NCBI GenBank assembly: GCA_963760795.1
Contig: CAVXEP010000012.1
Span: 352,001 to 416,000 of the forward strand
Direction: 5' to 3'
DNA: 64,000 bases
From: an uncultured delta proteobacterium
GTDB taxonomy: Bacteria; Desulfobacterota; Binatia; UBA9968
The position numbers were made by a program, and so were the translations under genes. Below the pieces are notes generated by a model, which did no database searches, was not told where the DNA came from, and was given only the letters and a program-made list of their open reading frames with translations. Below, one piece after another: positions 8,990 through 19,917 of the stretch; within the stretch, counting starts at the first letter, position 1, and every line of letters begins with the position of its first letter.

Positions 8990-11900
8990 GCCGGACTCGC
9001 GGGAATATTCGCAGCATCGGAAAATACCGGCAAAACCAGGTGAAATGTTGCGCCGCGATCTGGGTTGTTCTCCGCCCACAAGTGTCCGCCGTGGGCTTCA
9101 ACAATCGACCGGCTAATTGACAGTCCCATTCCCATCCCTTCATTCTTGGTGGTAAAGAATGGCTCAAAGATTCTGCCAAGCTTATCATGCGTCAACCCTA
9201 TGCCGCCGTCGCGCACGGATACCTCCACAAGGCCCGCGTCGTCACAGTGAACGCGCACGGATACGCGCCGCTCGTCGGTTCGACATTCTTTCATTGCGTC
9301 AAAAGCGTTGAGCAGTAGATTGAGCAGGACCTGTTGCAACTGTATCCGGTCACCACGGACGGATGGGACTTCGTCGCCGGGTTGGTAATCCACCTGGACG
9401 TTTCGCAAATCCGCGTCGCTGTGCACTAACGATAGGACATCGCGGATCACCGCCGGCAGATCCAAGCGCGCCAACGCGAGTTGTTCCTTCCTTACAAGCG
9501 CGCGGATTTTGCGAATGATTTCGGCAGCGCGATTGTTATCGTCGACGATGTCTTTGAGAATTTCGCGCACCTCGTCGAGGTTAAAAGCTGGGTTCATGAG
9601 AAATCTTTGCGCGGCCTGGGCGTTACTCAAGATAGCCGTGAGCGGCTGGTTCAACTCGTGCGCCAAAGAAGCTGTCAATTCACCCATCAGAGAAACGCGC
9701 GTGACGTGCGCCAAGTCCTCGCGCTGTCGCTGCAGTTCGGTTTCCATCAGCTTGCGCCTGGTAATGTCCGTCGACGCGCCCAAGACCTGATCCGCGACGC
9801 CATTTTTCCCGCCTATGGGCCGTTTTACGGTCTGCAACCAGCGAACCTTTCCCCGGGAATCAGTGATGCGCTCTTCCGGAATGAAGCGCTCTTGCAAGGT
9901 GTCGAGCACCTCCAGATCCATCCGATGGAAGAATTCGATCTCATCGGCCTGGGAATTGAAATCCGCGTGGGTTTTCCCGATCAAGGCCTCCACCGTCGTG
10001 CCGTAGGATTCGGCGACCGCTTGATTGACCAGCGTGAACCGTCCTTCGCGGTCTTTGGCAAAGATAAAGTTCGGAACAATGTCGATGACTTGGCGCAGAA
10101 AAGCACGCTCCTTCTCCAACGCCTCCTCGGATTGCCTACGCGCGCTGATATCGACGATCACCGTGAGCACGAAAAGACCGTCCTGGGTATGAATCGGATT
10201 CAAGCCGATCTCCACGAGAAATTCACCGCCGTCTTTACGCCTGGCAAATAAGTCCCGCCCCGCGCCCATGGCTCTCGTCTGCAGCGCCGCAACGAATGCA
10301 GCCCGATGAGGCGGGTGGCCGGCACTAAACCCCTCGGGCACAAGCATCTCCACCGATTGCCCTATCAGTTCATCGCGAGAGTAGCCAAACAGCTTTTCCG
10401 TCTGCTGATTGACGAGCACGATCCGACCGTGCTCGTTGACCATGACGTTGGCGTTCGGCGATGCCTCGACGGCCAGTCGGAATCTTTCCTCGCCGCGTTT
10501 GATCTCGCTGATATCGATGGCCGTGCCGATGTAGCCGAGAAAGGTGTCATCGGCTTCGAAACGCGGCACGCCATGATCGCGCACCCAGCAGTACTCTTCG
10601 TCATTTCTCCGCAAGCGGTATTCCATCGTAAACTCTTGCCGCGCGTTGAAAGCGTTAACGTAAGTTTCAAGACAGCGGTCGAAGTCTTCGCGGTGCACGC
10701 CTTTCGCCCAGCCGTTGCCGAGTTCCTCCACTAAGGTACGGCCGGTAAAGTCGAGCCAGCCTCGATTGAAAAAAGTGCGAAGCTTGTCAAGTCCCGACAT
10801 CCAGATCATGACGGGAGCCGTGTTCGCCATCGTGCGGAACCGTTCTTCGCTCTCGCGGATGGCCTGCTCGTGCCGTTTGCGCTCGGTAACGTCAATCATC
10901 AGGCCGCGAAGCTGTAATGGCTCGCCAGCCTTATGGTGACAACTGACGATGTCGTGTACCCAGACGACCTCCCCCGACAGTCTGATCATGCGATACTCGA
11001 AATCGAAGTCTTCAGCGATCTGGCTCATCGTCAAACGGGTGTCGATCGCCCGTTGCCGATCATCCGGGTGGATATGCGAGATCCAAAAATCTTTGCCGTA
11101 CCATTGTTCGAGCGGATAACCGAGCAGCTTGACCGCCTGTGGAGTGACATAGGTAAACGTCCAACTCTCCATATCGGCTTGCCAAAGAACGGCCGCCGTG
11201 GTTTCCACCAAGCGACGAAACTTCTCTTCGCTCTCGCGCAGCTCCTCTTCCATCTTCTTGCGCTCGGTGATGTCCAACACGGCACCCATCCGGCGCCCAC
11301 CACGGCCGGTGGGTAGGTTAACAGTCCCGGCTTTCGCCAATACCCAGCGCTCCCTGCCATCTGCAAGTTGAGCGCGAAACTCGCCTTCAAACAACGCGTT
11401 GGATTCCTGCGCGCGCTGCACATCGGCTATGACGCGGGCTCTGTCATGCGGATGAATACGGCCAACTAAGTCGCCCGCTGGGACGGTGTCATTCGGGCCA
11501 ATTCCTAACTGAGCGCGCAGCACCGAGTTGACCCAGACATCGTCGCCGCCTAGATCGCGCGACCACAAGCCCAACCGGCCCGCGCTGGCTGCCATCTCCA
11601 TCAATTCCTGGTTTTCCCGAAGCTCGTTTTCAGCCCGGCGCCGTCTGATTCGATTCAAGACCAAGCCGGTAATCAAACCGGCCTGCAGCAAGAACAGCGC
11701 TAGCGCTCCGATGATGTACCAGCGATATTGCTCCCACATCGATGGCGGACGGAAACGAATGATGCTGTTGGGCGGCAACCGGCTTTCGTTGATGCCCCAA
11801 CGTTGCAATGCTCGCCAATCGAATATCGGCACGCCTGCCGTGCGCAGTTCCAGTGACAATGACGCCGGCGCGAGCGCCGTCGAGAATCTGCTTTGCCATT

Positions 11901-12802
11901 GCCCCGGCTTGCTGTCCCAACGCCGTGAGGTGCACCATGGACCCACCCACGGCGCCGGTGCCTAACATCGCGTCGGTCATGACATAAACCGGGACATTGG
12001 CCGATTTTGCGATCGACTGCGCGGCCTGCACGGAATTAAACGGCCGGCCAGCCGCGTCACGGAACATTCGGGTGAACAAAATCGCCGTTTGCGGCGGCAA
12101 CGATCTAACGGCATTTGTGATTTCGCTCATCGGACGGTTAGTCCAAAAGTCGAATTCAATGCGACCGGTCAGGGAGCGTGCCGCCTGCCGCGCGCGGCCG
12201 ATGACATGAGTATCCACTTCCGCGGTTCCGCCGATCACAACAATGCGCCGCGTTTCCGGCTGCAAACCAAGCATCAACTCGATGGTGCCTTGCGGATCGG
12301 AGCGCTGCGCTACACCCGTGAGGTGGCCGCCGAGACTGCCGACTGGCACTGCCTCTTCGGTCAAACCGGCAACGACGACGGGAACCCCGGGAAACAGTTG
12401 CTCGAGCAACTTCGCCGTAATGGCCAGGTTACCGACGTAAATTAGAATGATGACATCGGGAGAATTGTCGGCATATTTCCCCCTTAGGTAGTCGCGGAAA
12501 AGCCGGCGAAAACTTTCGTCGGTGAAGCGGACGATATCGAGGTGTTCGGAGTAAAATTCGATCTGGCCTGCGCTAACTTGCCGCAGTGTTTCGAAGGCGG
12601 CTTGCTCGACGACTGAGAAGCCCGGCGCCGAGAACCGGTTTCCCGTAGAAATCATCAACACGCGTCTGGACCGCTCGGTATCGGCGCCGTTGGCGCTAAC
12701 GACCGAAGCGAGGACAACGATGCACAACGCAACGCACCACGCAAAACGTGACAGCGCTTGTTTCAGAACATGACTTCGACGGGTTGGGTTCACGGTCTCC
12801 AT
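8986..12802 (-). CDS. Sensor histidine kinase (periplasmic SBP-like domain, TM, five PAS, HisKA, HATPase), interrupted by a +1 frameshift near 11869
   Basis: ORF 11630..12832 ends its homology at QILDGAR; ORF 8986..11946 continues PASLSLE..PIFDWRALQRWGI. H-box 'SLAHELNQPL'; G-box 'GMGMGLSI'. Confidence 0.85.
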
Positions 12803-12859
12803 GACTTTACGAACACACCCCGCGGGAATCAAGCGCTCAGGCCAATGGCCAAACCGGTT

Positions 12860-13268
12860 TTAGCAGAAGCCAAGGTTGGTTTCTTCCGCCAACCATTCGA
12901 TCGCCCGGCGTGACTCGCAGAAAGCCGCGACGTCAACTCCCAATTGCGACACCGGCAACGTTAGTTGGCGCAATCCATGGTATTGCTCTGGATGCGGCGT
13001 TGTCACCATGGCGAGTTTCAACTTGCCAACGGCAGTCCACGGAAAGCTGCTTAGCTCAGCCTTCAATTCGACAAGATCCTCGAGTCCGAGGTCGCAGGTA
13101 ATCTCCTGGAGATCGAGCAATACCTTGCAATCGCTGAGCGGGCTTAGTGAGTTCGCCAATCACCTGCATGAGCCGCAGGAATGCTTGCCGATCCATAAGT
13201 CCGCGGCCGACGATGTCTAGATAATTTCCATTATTTTGCCGGCAAAAAACATCGACCTGATAATTCAT
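12860..13268 (-). CDS. Small STAS/SpoIIAA-like protein, +1 frameshift near 13140
   Basis: MNYQVDVF..YLDIVGRG..GELTKP joins LSDCKVLLDLQ..KLAMV..AAF.ESRRAIEWL in an adjacent frame. Confidence 0.6.
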
Positions 13269-13359
13269 GCATAGCTTTTTAAATCCTAGAGGGCTGATTG
13301 TCTTGACTTTCCATGACACTCGATTGACAGCTGGGTCTCGATCAGGCAAAGCAAAGATC

Positions 13360-14385
13360 GTGGCTAAACTTCATGCGCCCCGACCGTTAATTTCCAGCAG
13401 CGTAACCACCGGCCTGCTCGATGCCATCGCCGCCGCGGGCGCCGATCCCGATCAGGTTCGCCAATCGATAGCGCTCGACTTCACCGCCTTGTCCGATGCC
13501 GAGGGGTTTATTGCTTGTGTGGATTTTGCTCGTTTACTGGAAGAAGTCGCGCAAGTGACCGGCGACGGATGCTTCGGGCTCCATTTCGGCGCGCGCAGCA
13601 ACCCCAAAAACATCGGTCCGCTCGTTTATGCGGTTCTCAACTCACCGACCATTGCGGCCGCCTGCGAAACCGCGGCGCGTTATCTCCATGTGCACAATCA
13701 AGCTTTAAAATTGTCTTTACATATCGATGATAACCTCGCGCATTTTTCTTACTCTTATTCCCACATCGGTTTGGAACAGCCGCGCCAGTTTAGTGAATTT
13801 ACCATGGCGAACATGCTGAACACTTTTAGAATGATGGCGGGCAGTCAATGGGCGCCGAGGGAAATTCAATTTGCCCACGATGCGCCGGTGTCGAACACGG
13901 AGCATCTTCGAGTTTTCGGGGCTCCGGTTATTTTTCGCTGCGCCAGCAATGCGCTGGTCATGGAACGCGAATTTCTCGATCGAACGGTTCCGTCTGCGGA
14001 TCATCGCTTATACGGAATAATGACCCACTATCTCGGCGAGGTGCTTAACAGAATGCCGACTGAGAACGGCGTCATTGCCGAGATCCGGAAGGCGATCGGC
14101 GAATCACTGAAAAACGGCACGCCAAAACTCGCTCTCGTGGCAAAATTAATTGCGCTGAGCCCGCGCACGTTACAGCGACGACTGGAAAAATACGGCCTCG
14201 ACTTTAAAAAGCTAGTAGACGATACGCGCCATCAGTTCGCGCTGGAATATTTAGGCGACCGTGAAAACACACTGACACAAATTGCTTTCCTGTTGGGCTA
14301 TTCGGAAGTGAGCGCGTTTAACCGGGCGTTTAAACGTTGGACCGGCTTCACACCATCGGACTCCCGCCGTAAGCAAACAAGCTGA
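13360..14385 (+). CDS. AraC family transcriptional regulator (OruR/ArgR-like N-domain)
   Basis: 'FGLHFG..GPLVYAVLNSPT', 'LSPRTLQRRL', 'IAFLLGYSEVSAFNRAFKRWTG'. Start uncertain. Confidence 0.92.
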   Translation: MAKLHAPRPLISSSVTTGLLDAIAAAGADPDQVRQSIALDFTALSDAEGFIACVDFARLLEEVAQVTGDGCFGLHFGARSNPKNIGPLVYAVLNSPTIAAACETAARYLHVHNQALKLSLHIDDNLAHFSYSYSHIGLEQPRQFSEFTMANMLNTFRMMAGSQWAPREIQFAHDAPVSNTEHLRVFGAPVIFRCASNALVMEREFLDRTVPSADHRLYGIMTHYLGEVLNRMPTENGVIAEIRKAIGESLKNGTPKLALVAKLIALSPRTLQRRLEKYGLDFKKLVDDTRHQFALEYLGDRENTLTQIAFLLGYSEVSAFNRAFKRWTGFTPSDSRRKQTS

Positions 14386-15141
14386 ACGGAACCATCCTCA
14401 GTCAAGCAGTAACCGAGCAAACGCAGGTTAGCGAATCCAGCGCGCCTTTCGAGATCAAGGACGCAGCAGCCACTAGAGGTGCTTTAAGTTGCTGCGATTT
14501 GAGCACTTGTTCGTGGCCAAGATTTGGTCCACGCCTTGAACACTTTGGACGACTTGCATGGAGCGCCTATGCAAAGCGCCGCGCAGCGAAATTAACGGGC
14601 GGCGCGAGTTCGACCGTACCTCGATCCCGGATTCCGCCTGATTGAGAAAGCTCCGAAGAAAGTCGAGTTGTCAAAGTCTCACCCTAACGATTTCCCTGAC
14701 GCGGAAGCGCGCTTTGGTCAGGCGGTTTCGAACCCGTATCTTTGGATCGGGTCGCGGTACGTTCCAATATTGAAAATGCTGGGAGCTCCCGCCTGGTGGT
14801 CGATACGTCCTATCCTGAACTCATGGCCGAGCAATGGAATGTTGAGCGACGAACTAATAAGCAGCCGTTTGGACAGTCAGAGCAGGTACTCTCGCCTCGG
14901 TCTCACTACATAAAGTCGTTCTAGAAAGGTTTCAATACTTTTACCGATCTTAACCCTCTGACTACAACAACGTGACGGATATTCAGCAAACCATCATCGC
15001 ATAGACAAAATCGCACACTGAGGACCTGACGAAGCCGGGTAAGACCCTAATAATTCCTTTTGATGCCATAATTTTCGCATTATAATCAATATGTTACTTC
15101 CTCCCAGCGGCGCATTGGCACCCTCAACCAAATACCTCGGG

Positions 15142-15158
15142 GTGGCACAGTTGCTGCT
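15142..15158 (+). promoter_or_regulatory. Sigma-54 -24/-12 promoter GTGGCACAGTTGCTGCT
   Basis: GG-N10-GC with TGGCAC; sits immediately upstream of the GTG at 15172. Confidence 0.55.
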
Positions 15159-15171
15159 TCTTCCCTCCCGG

Positions 15172-15630
15172 GTGAGCACCAGCAAGAAAATTCTTGTAGT
15201 CGAAGACAATGAGGATTGTCGAGAACTACAAGCCTGCGTCATCAGGCGCCTAGGATATCTGGTGATTGAGGCCGACAATGGAGCCGCAGCCATCGCTGAA
15301 GCACTCGCTGGGCACCCCGATCTCATCCTAATGGACCTCAATATGCCGAAAATGAATGGTGAGGAGGCAACCGAACAGCTAAAAAATCAGCCATCTACGA
15401 GAGATATACCAGTTATTATCTGTACGGCTTACGGTCCCGGTCCGAGAGTAGACCGAGCCCGCGATGCCGGCGCCGTAGAGATTTTGCACAAGCCGTTCAA
15501 ATTCTCCGAGCTGGAAATTCTGCTACGAAAGCATGTGCCAGACGACCCGAAGAACGAGGCAGAGGGCGGGCATCCGAGTTCGGCAGCGAACTGCACTGAA
15601 ACGTCGCAATTTCCTTTTCAAGTGCGGTAA
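15172..15630 (+). CDS. Single-domain response regulator (DivK/CheY-like)
   Basis: KILVVEDN, PDLILMDLNMPKMNG, ICTA, KPF. Confidence 0.88.
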   Translation: MSTSKKILVVEDNEDCRELQACVIRRLGYLVIEADNGAAAIAEALAGHPDLILMDLNMPKMNGEEATEQLKNQPSTRDIPVIICTAYGPGPRVDRARDAGAVEILHKPFKFSELEILLRKHVPDDPKNEAEGGHPSSAANCTETSQFPFQVR

Positions 15631-15989
15631 TTGCAGCTGTCAACCAATAACGTCGCTTGATTGGACTCGGCATCGCTGTTTCAGGTCTAGTCACAATTGA
15701 TTTGCCTTCAAGAGATCCGCCCATCCGCGAAGAATTCGCGTCGCAAAGAAAAGTTGCTAGGTCATTCGCAATCACGCTCGCAGGAGATGATCAACTCGCG
15801 GCAAAGTGTAAAGGGACTGTTTTTTATTTACGCCTTTTTGAACAGCGGTATCACTTCCTCACCGGCTTTCAGTACATCCAAATAATCCGCCCAAGCAGGC
15901 TTCAGAATCGAGTAACATAGGTCGAATTAAAAGATTACCGCACAACGCGGAATGAATAAAATTCCCGTGAGTGAGTCTAAGGGGATTGT

Positions 15990-17921
15990 ATGAAGGTAGC
16001 GCTGAAACCAGAGACGTTTGTCGATTTTCCGACTGAAGCCGTCGAGACATCGATCCCTGAGCGGTTTGAGCAAATGGCCCGACTGTACCCCGATCGAATC
16101 GCGATAAGAACCAGGGATCGTGTGGTAACCTACGAGGCTCTTAACCACTCGGCGAATCGCATCGGTCGGGCAATCCTAGAGCAGATCGGCCCGGGCAGCG
16201 AACCCATAGCACTGTTATTTGGCAACGGCATCGACTTAATTGCCGCACTGCTTGGCGTCCTAAAAGCAGGAAAATTTTTTGTCGCGATTGATCCATCTTT
16301 TCCATCACCTCGCATAAATTTCATTGTCAATGACACTGAAACCCGACTCCTAGTCACTAACAGTGAAAACTCCGAGTTGTCGAAACGGTTCGGCGCTCCC
16401 GATGTTGCCCGGATGAACATCGATGAACTCAAGAATCGACACGGAGATAATAACCTCGGAGCGGTAATCCGCCCCGATGATATCGCAACGATTGTCTACA
16501 CCTCGGGATCAACCGGAGAGCCAAAAGGCGTCACCAAGCCTCATGGTTATTGTTGGGAGCGGGCCAAATTTAACATCAAATTCCTTTCTGTGGGTGCCAC
16601 TGATCGGCTGAGCCTGTTGCATTCTATCAGTTTTGGCAGCGGCGAAATAAATCTATATGCCTCGTTGTTAAGTGGCGCATCGCTTCAGCCCTTCGACGTT
16701 AAATCCGAAGGTGTCTATCGGTTGGCACAATGGCTTAGAGCCGAGAGCATTACGATTATTCATTGTTCTCCGAGTGTGCTGCGCGAACTTGTTGAATTTA
16801 TTCCCGAGTGCAATACGATGCCGAGTTTGCGACTGATTCACTTATCCGGGTCGCCGATAACTCGCTCCGATCTTGACCTATATAACAGACATTTTTCTCG
16901 ACTCACTTCTCTGGCATTCCATATGGGTGCGACCGAAGCTGGATGCATCGCTTGCGCGGTCGTAAACCATGATTTTTCTTTTCCGCCAAAAGGCACTCCA
17001 GCTGGTTTCCCCCCCGACAACAAAAAAGTTTTTTTGCTGGACGAGGACGGCCGCGAAGTCAGTCCCGGTGGTGTCGGTGAGATTGCTGTAAAGAGCAAAC
17101 ATCTCGCACAAGCTTACTGGAAAAATCCGGAACTAACCCGGGCAAAGTTTTTACCCGATCCGAATGGTGGCCAAGAGCGCACGTATCTGACCGGCGATTT
17201 GGGTCAGATTTTACCTGATGGACTTCTTGTCCATTTGGGTCGTAAGGATTTGATGGTCAAAATTCGTGGGTATCGTGTGGAGGTAGCAGAGATCGAGAGG
17301 AGATTGACACAGCACCCCGCAGTTAAGGATGCCGGGGTTACCGCATGGGAGCGCGACAACGGCGATAAGTACTTGGCAGCTTATATCGTCTCGCGTGGTC
17401 CGAATCACGCAACGATCGATCAGCTTCGGATGTTTCTCAGAGATATGCTACCAGGCTACATGGTCCCATCGACGTTTATGTTTTTGGACTCGCTACCGGT
17501 CACCAACGGCAAGCTCGATCGCAAGGCGTTACCTGAACCGAATGACAAGCGACCGGAGCTGAGTACAGCCTATGCTTTGCCGACAGATGAGATTGAAAAA
17601 ACTCTGGTGTCGATTTGGGAGAAAGTCCTTGATGTGCGTCCCGTAGGCATCCACGACAACTTCTTCGACCTCGGCGGTCACTCCCTTACCGCGACACAGG
17701 TGATCTCCCAAGTCATCAAGCAATTCCAATTAGAGCTGCCGCTTCAATCTTTATTTCAGTCGCCCACGGTCGCTAAGATGGCGGCGGTCATCACGCAGAA
17801 CCAAGCCAAGCGAGCAAGCGACGCAGAGCTACCGCAGATGCTGCGCGAGGTGGAGGCGATGACGGAGGAAGAAGCGCAGCGGCGCCTGGACGAAATTAGT
17901 TCGCCAATTGCCAAGCAGTAG
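15990..17921 (+). CDS. Stand-alone NRPS-like adenylation-PCP didomain protein
   Basis: YTSGSTGEPKG, YLTGDLG, GRKDLMVKIRGYRVE, NGKLDR; carrier motif DNFFDLGGHSL. Confidence 0.9.
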   Translation: MKVALKPETFVDFPTEAVETSIPERFEQMARLYPDRIAIRTRDRVVTYEALNHSANRIGRAILEQIGPGSEPIALLFGNGIDLIAALLGVLKAGKFFVAIDPSFPSPRINFIVNDTETRLLVTNSENSELSKRFGAPDVARMNIDELKNRHGDNNLGAVIRPDDIATIVYTSGSTGEPKGVTKPHGYCWERAKFNIKFLSVGATDRLSLLHSISFGSGEINLYASLLSGASLQPFDVKSEGVYRLAQWLRAESITIIHCSPSVLRELVEFIPECNTMPSLRLIHLSGSPITRSDLDLYNRHFSRLTSLAFHMGATEAGCIACAVVNHDFSFPPKGTPAGFPPDNKKVFLLDEDGREVSPGGVGEIAVKSKHLAQAYWKNPELTRAKFLPDPNGGQERTYLTGDLGQILPDGLLVHLGRKDLMVKIRGYRVEVAEIERRLTQHPAVKDAGVTAWERDNGDKYLAAYIVSRGPNHATIDQLRMFLRDMLPGYMVPSTFMFLDSLPVTNGKLDRKALPEPNDKRPELSTAYALPTDEIEKTLVSIWEKVLDVRPVGIHDNFFDLGGHSLTATQVISQVIKQFQLELPLQSLFQSPTVAKMAAVITQNQAKRASDAELPQMLREVEAMTEEEAQRRLDEISSPIAKQ

Positions 17922-18011
17922 TTTGCTGTTCATAGTCTTTGCTCGTGAACGATCTTCCGAAAGAATCGCAGAGAGAGCGCCACAGAAAATGCTCTAGAAT
18001 CTCGATTCCGA

Positions 18012-18105
18012 TGATGATTCCAACCTTGTTCGTGCAGCAGCCTCGATGCCATGCTGCGAAATCCAAGGCGGTCATATCCTCTCTCGGATAGCCCATGCGG
18101 CGGTA
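18012..18105 (-). mobile_element. Remnant of a P4/IntA-type tyrosine integrase C-terminus
   Basis: Two frames give RRMGYPREDMTA and GFRSMASRLLHEQGWN, matching the family pattern RRMGY....T.HGFR..AST.LNE.GW. Confidence 0.65.
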
Positions 18106-18238
18106 GGTGGTATGACGGCGAGGATATCCGCTGCGTCGGTCTGTTGGATGCGCTTGGCCAGGTAAGGCCCAAAGGCCGACGGTAATTTCCACCGTCAAAC
18201 GTTCGAGGGCGCACCGCGGCAGTGCCGGCGAGCTGCGA

Positions 18239-19087
18239 TCAAGTCTGCTCTCGCTTCTCCCTCATGTGGGTCAAGCAACGAAGAAACAGATACACTTCGG
18301 TCGGGTTCTTGAGAAATCGAGCGGCTACGGTCTTTCGTGGCGTTTCCTCGACTAGAATAGCCATGCCTTTTTCCGCAATGGCTGCAAACGCCGCTTCATC
18401 GGTGCGGTCGTCACCAATATAGATCGGCAATGCGGTTGAAGCATAATGCGCGAGGATTTGCGTTATAGCATCTGCTTTCGTCATGCCTGTCGGTTTCGCT
18501 TCAATGACGTCTTTGCCGGCCAAAAGCTCTAGTTTGACGCCTTGCTGCTGATATTCATGGACCGCACGGACAAACTCCTGGCGCGCCGCCAATGCTGTGT
18601 CGCCGTCGGCCCGCCGGAAGTGCAGGGCCAGAGCAATGCCCTTGTCTTCCACGATGATTCCATCAGCGTCCGCCAGAGCCCGGCGCAACTCTTCGTGCAA
18701 GCAACGTAGTGTGTCGACAATCACCCGGTTCGGCCATGACCGATTGAACGTGCCGTCGGGCGCCGCCCACTCCAAGCCGTGGCATCCGACATAATAAATC
18801 TGCTCTAAACCGATGAGCCGCCTCAGCTTGTCAATGGGACGGCCACTGACGATTCCAACCGAGCATCCGGGCAAAGAATGAAAATCTTGCAGCCAACGTC
18901 TTCGCGGCTCGCTAAACAAGACATCGGCTGGAGTTGGCGCGATTTCGGCCAGGGTGCCGTCAAAGCCAAGAAACACAAATATTTCAGGCGCCTCGATAAC
19001 TATCTGCCAAAAATCTTGATCATGAAAGTTTAATCGTTGGGGAATCCCACCAGGTTGAAGCGATTGATTTATGCTATCGGTCGTCAT
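18239..19087 (-). CDS. otsB: Trehalose-6-phosphate phosphatase-like HAD protein (nucleophile Asp replaced by Gly)
   Basis: FLGFDGTLAEI, IVSGR, GCHGLE, VEDKG..ALHFR, GKDVIEAKP, YIGDDRTDEAAF. Confidence 0.85.
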   Translation of the reverse strand: MTTDSINQSLQPGGIPQRLNFHDQDFWQIVIEAPEIFVFLGFDGTLAEIAPTPADVLFSEPRRRWLQDFHSLPGCSVGIVSGRPIDKLRRLIGLEQIYYVGCHGLEWAAPDGTFNRSWPNRVIVDTLRCLHEELRRALADADGIIVEDKGIALALHFRRADGDTALAARQEFVRAVHEYQQQGVKLELLAGKDVIEAKPTGMTKADAITQILAHYASTALPIYIGDDRTDEAAFAAIAEKGMAILVEETPRKTVAARFLKNPTEVYLFLRCLTHMREKREQT

Positions 19088-19124
19088 GCAGATGCCCTCT
19101 CGACCGCTGATTTTGACCCCCCGT

Positions 19125-19330
19125 CTAGCGTCTGGGTCCCTGGGCCGTGATCACAAACCTGTCGCGGCGATTTTTTTGCCGGCAATCTTCGGACTGCGAT
19201 TGGCAGGCCGGAATCTCCTCGCCGTAGCTTATTGTGGCGATTCGATCCGCCGAAATACCGAGGCTCGTTAAATAGTCTTTGGCCGCTTGCGCTCGCTTGG
19301 CACCGAGAGCCAGAGTAAAGTATTGCCGTG
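19125..19330 (-). pseudogene. 3' fragment of a Pal-like peptidoglycan-associated lipoprotein
   Basis: Manual translation LALGAKRAQAAKDYLTSLGISADRIATISYGEEIPAC..DCRQKNRRDRFV*; the 5' half is absent. Confidence 0.75.
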
Positions 19331-19336
19331 ATGCAA

Positions 19337-19594
19337 TTAGAAAATGCCCTTCAATAAACCACCGACCGCGCGGAAGGGAAGGGATAGAACGTCGCCTACC
19401 ACATCAACCGTGCTGCTCAATGCGCCGCCAGATTCCCCCCGAGTTTCTGTAGTCGTCGTTTCGGTGCGGTTCTCTACGGCCGTTTCTGTAGGATACTGTC
19501 GAGTTTCGCTGGTAACCGTCCTGGTTTGAGTTGAACACCCAACGCCCAGAAACAGAACTAGAAGACTACTCACGAGCAAATTACTTTTTCGCAT
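19337..19594 (-). CDS. Small Thr-rich lipoprotein
   Basis: MRK start, lipobox GVGC, AGGAGG RBS. Confidence 0.75.
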   Translation of the reverse strand: MRKSNLLVSSLLVLFLGVGCSTQTRTVTSETRQYPTETAVENRTETTTTETRGESGGALSSTVDVVGDVLSLPFRAVGGLLKGIF

Positions 19595-19659
19595 GACAAC
19601 CTCCTGCCGGGAGCGAAATTTAAAACTCACAACGCGGCTCCCTGCCTACACTATGAATG

Positions 19660-19676
19660 AGCAAGGCCTGTACCAG
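19660..19676 (-). promoter_or_regulatory. Sigma-54 promoter CTGGTACAGGCCTTGCT
   Basis: GG-N10-GC, 66 bp upstream of the lipoprotein start; tandem motif at about 19746 and 19769. Confidence 0.7.
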
Positions 19677-19917
19677 ACCCAGAAAAAGTAATGCCTTTGA
19701 TCTTGCTGGACTTTATGACAAAATGTTAGTGGCAGGCGAGTCGGTGGAAGGATTTCCCCTGATTACCTGAAAGGGATTCCCCGACAAATAGTGAATCTAC
19801 TTTTCGAAATTCCCGCCCAGGCGATACTTTGCAGTGAAATTGACAAACGCCGATCGCGTCTGCTCACACTAAGATCGGCGATCAGGTATTCCGCGTCGAG
19901 CGAGAACCGGTCAGAAT

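Noticed and set aside
7802-9043. 413-aa plus-strand ORF and similar long antisense ORFs (9481, 50390, 55789)
   Set aside because: They are shadows of well-supported minus-strand genes in GC-rich DNA, with no recognisable motifs.
14400-15090. Possible gene or ncRNA in the gap after AraC
   Set aside because: Only short ORFs without motifs, and no recognisable RNA structure.
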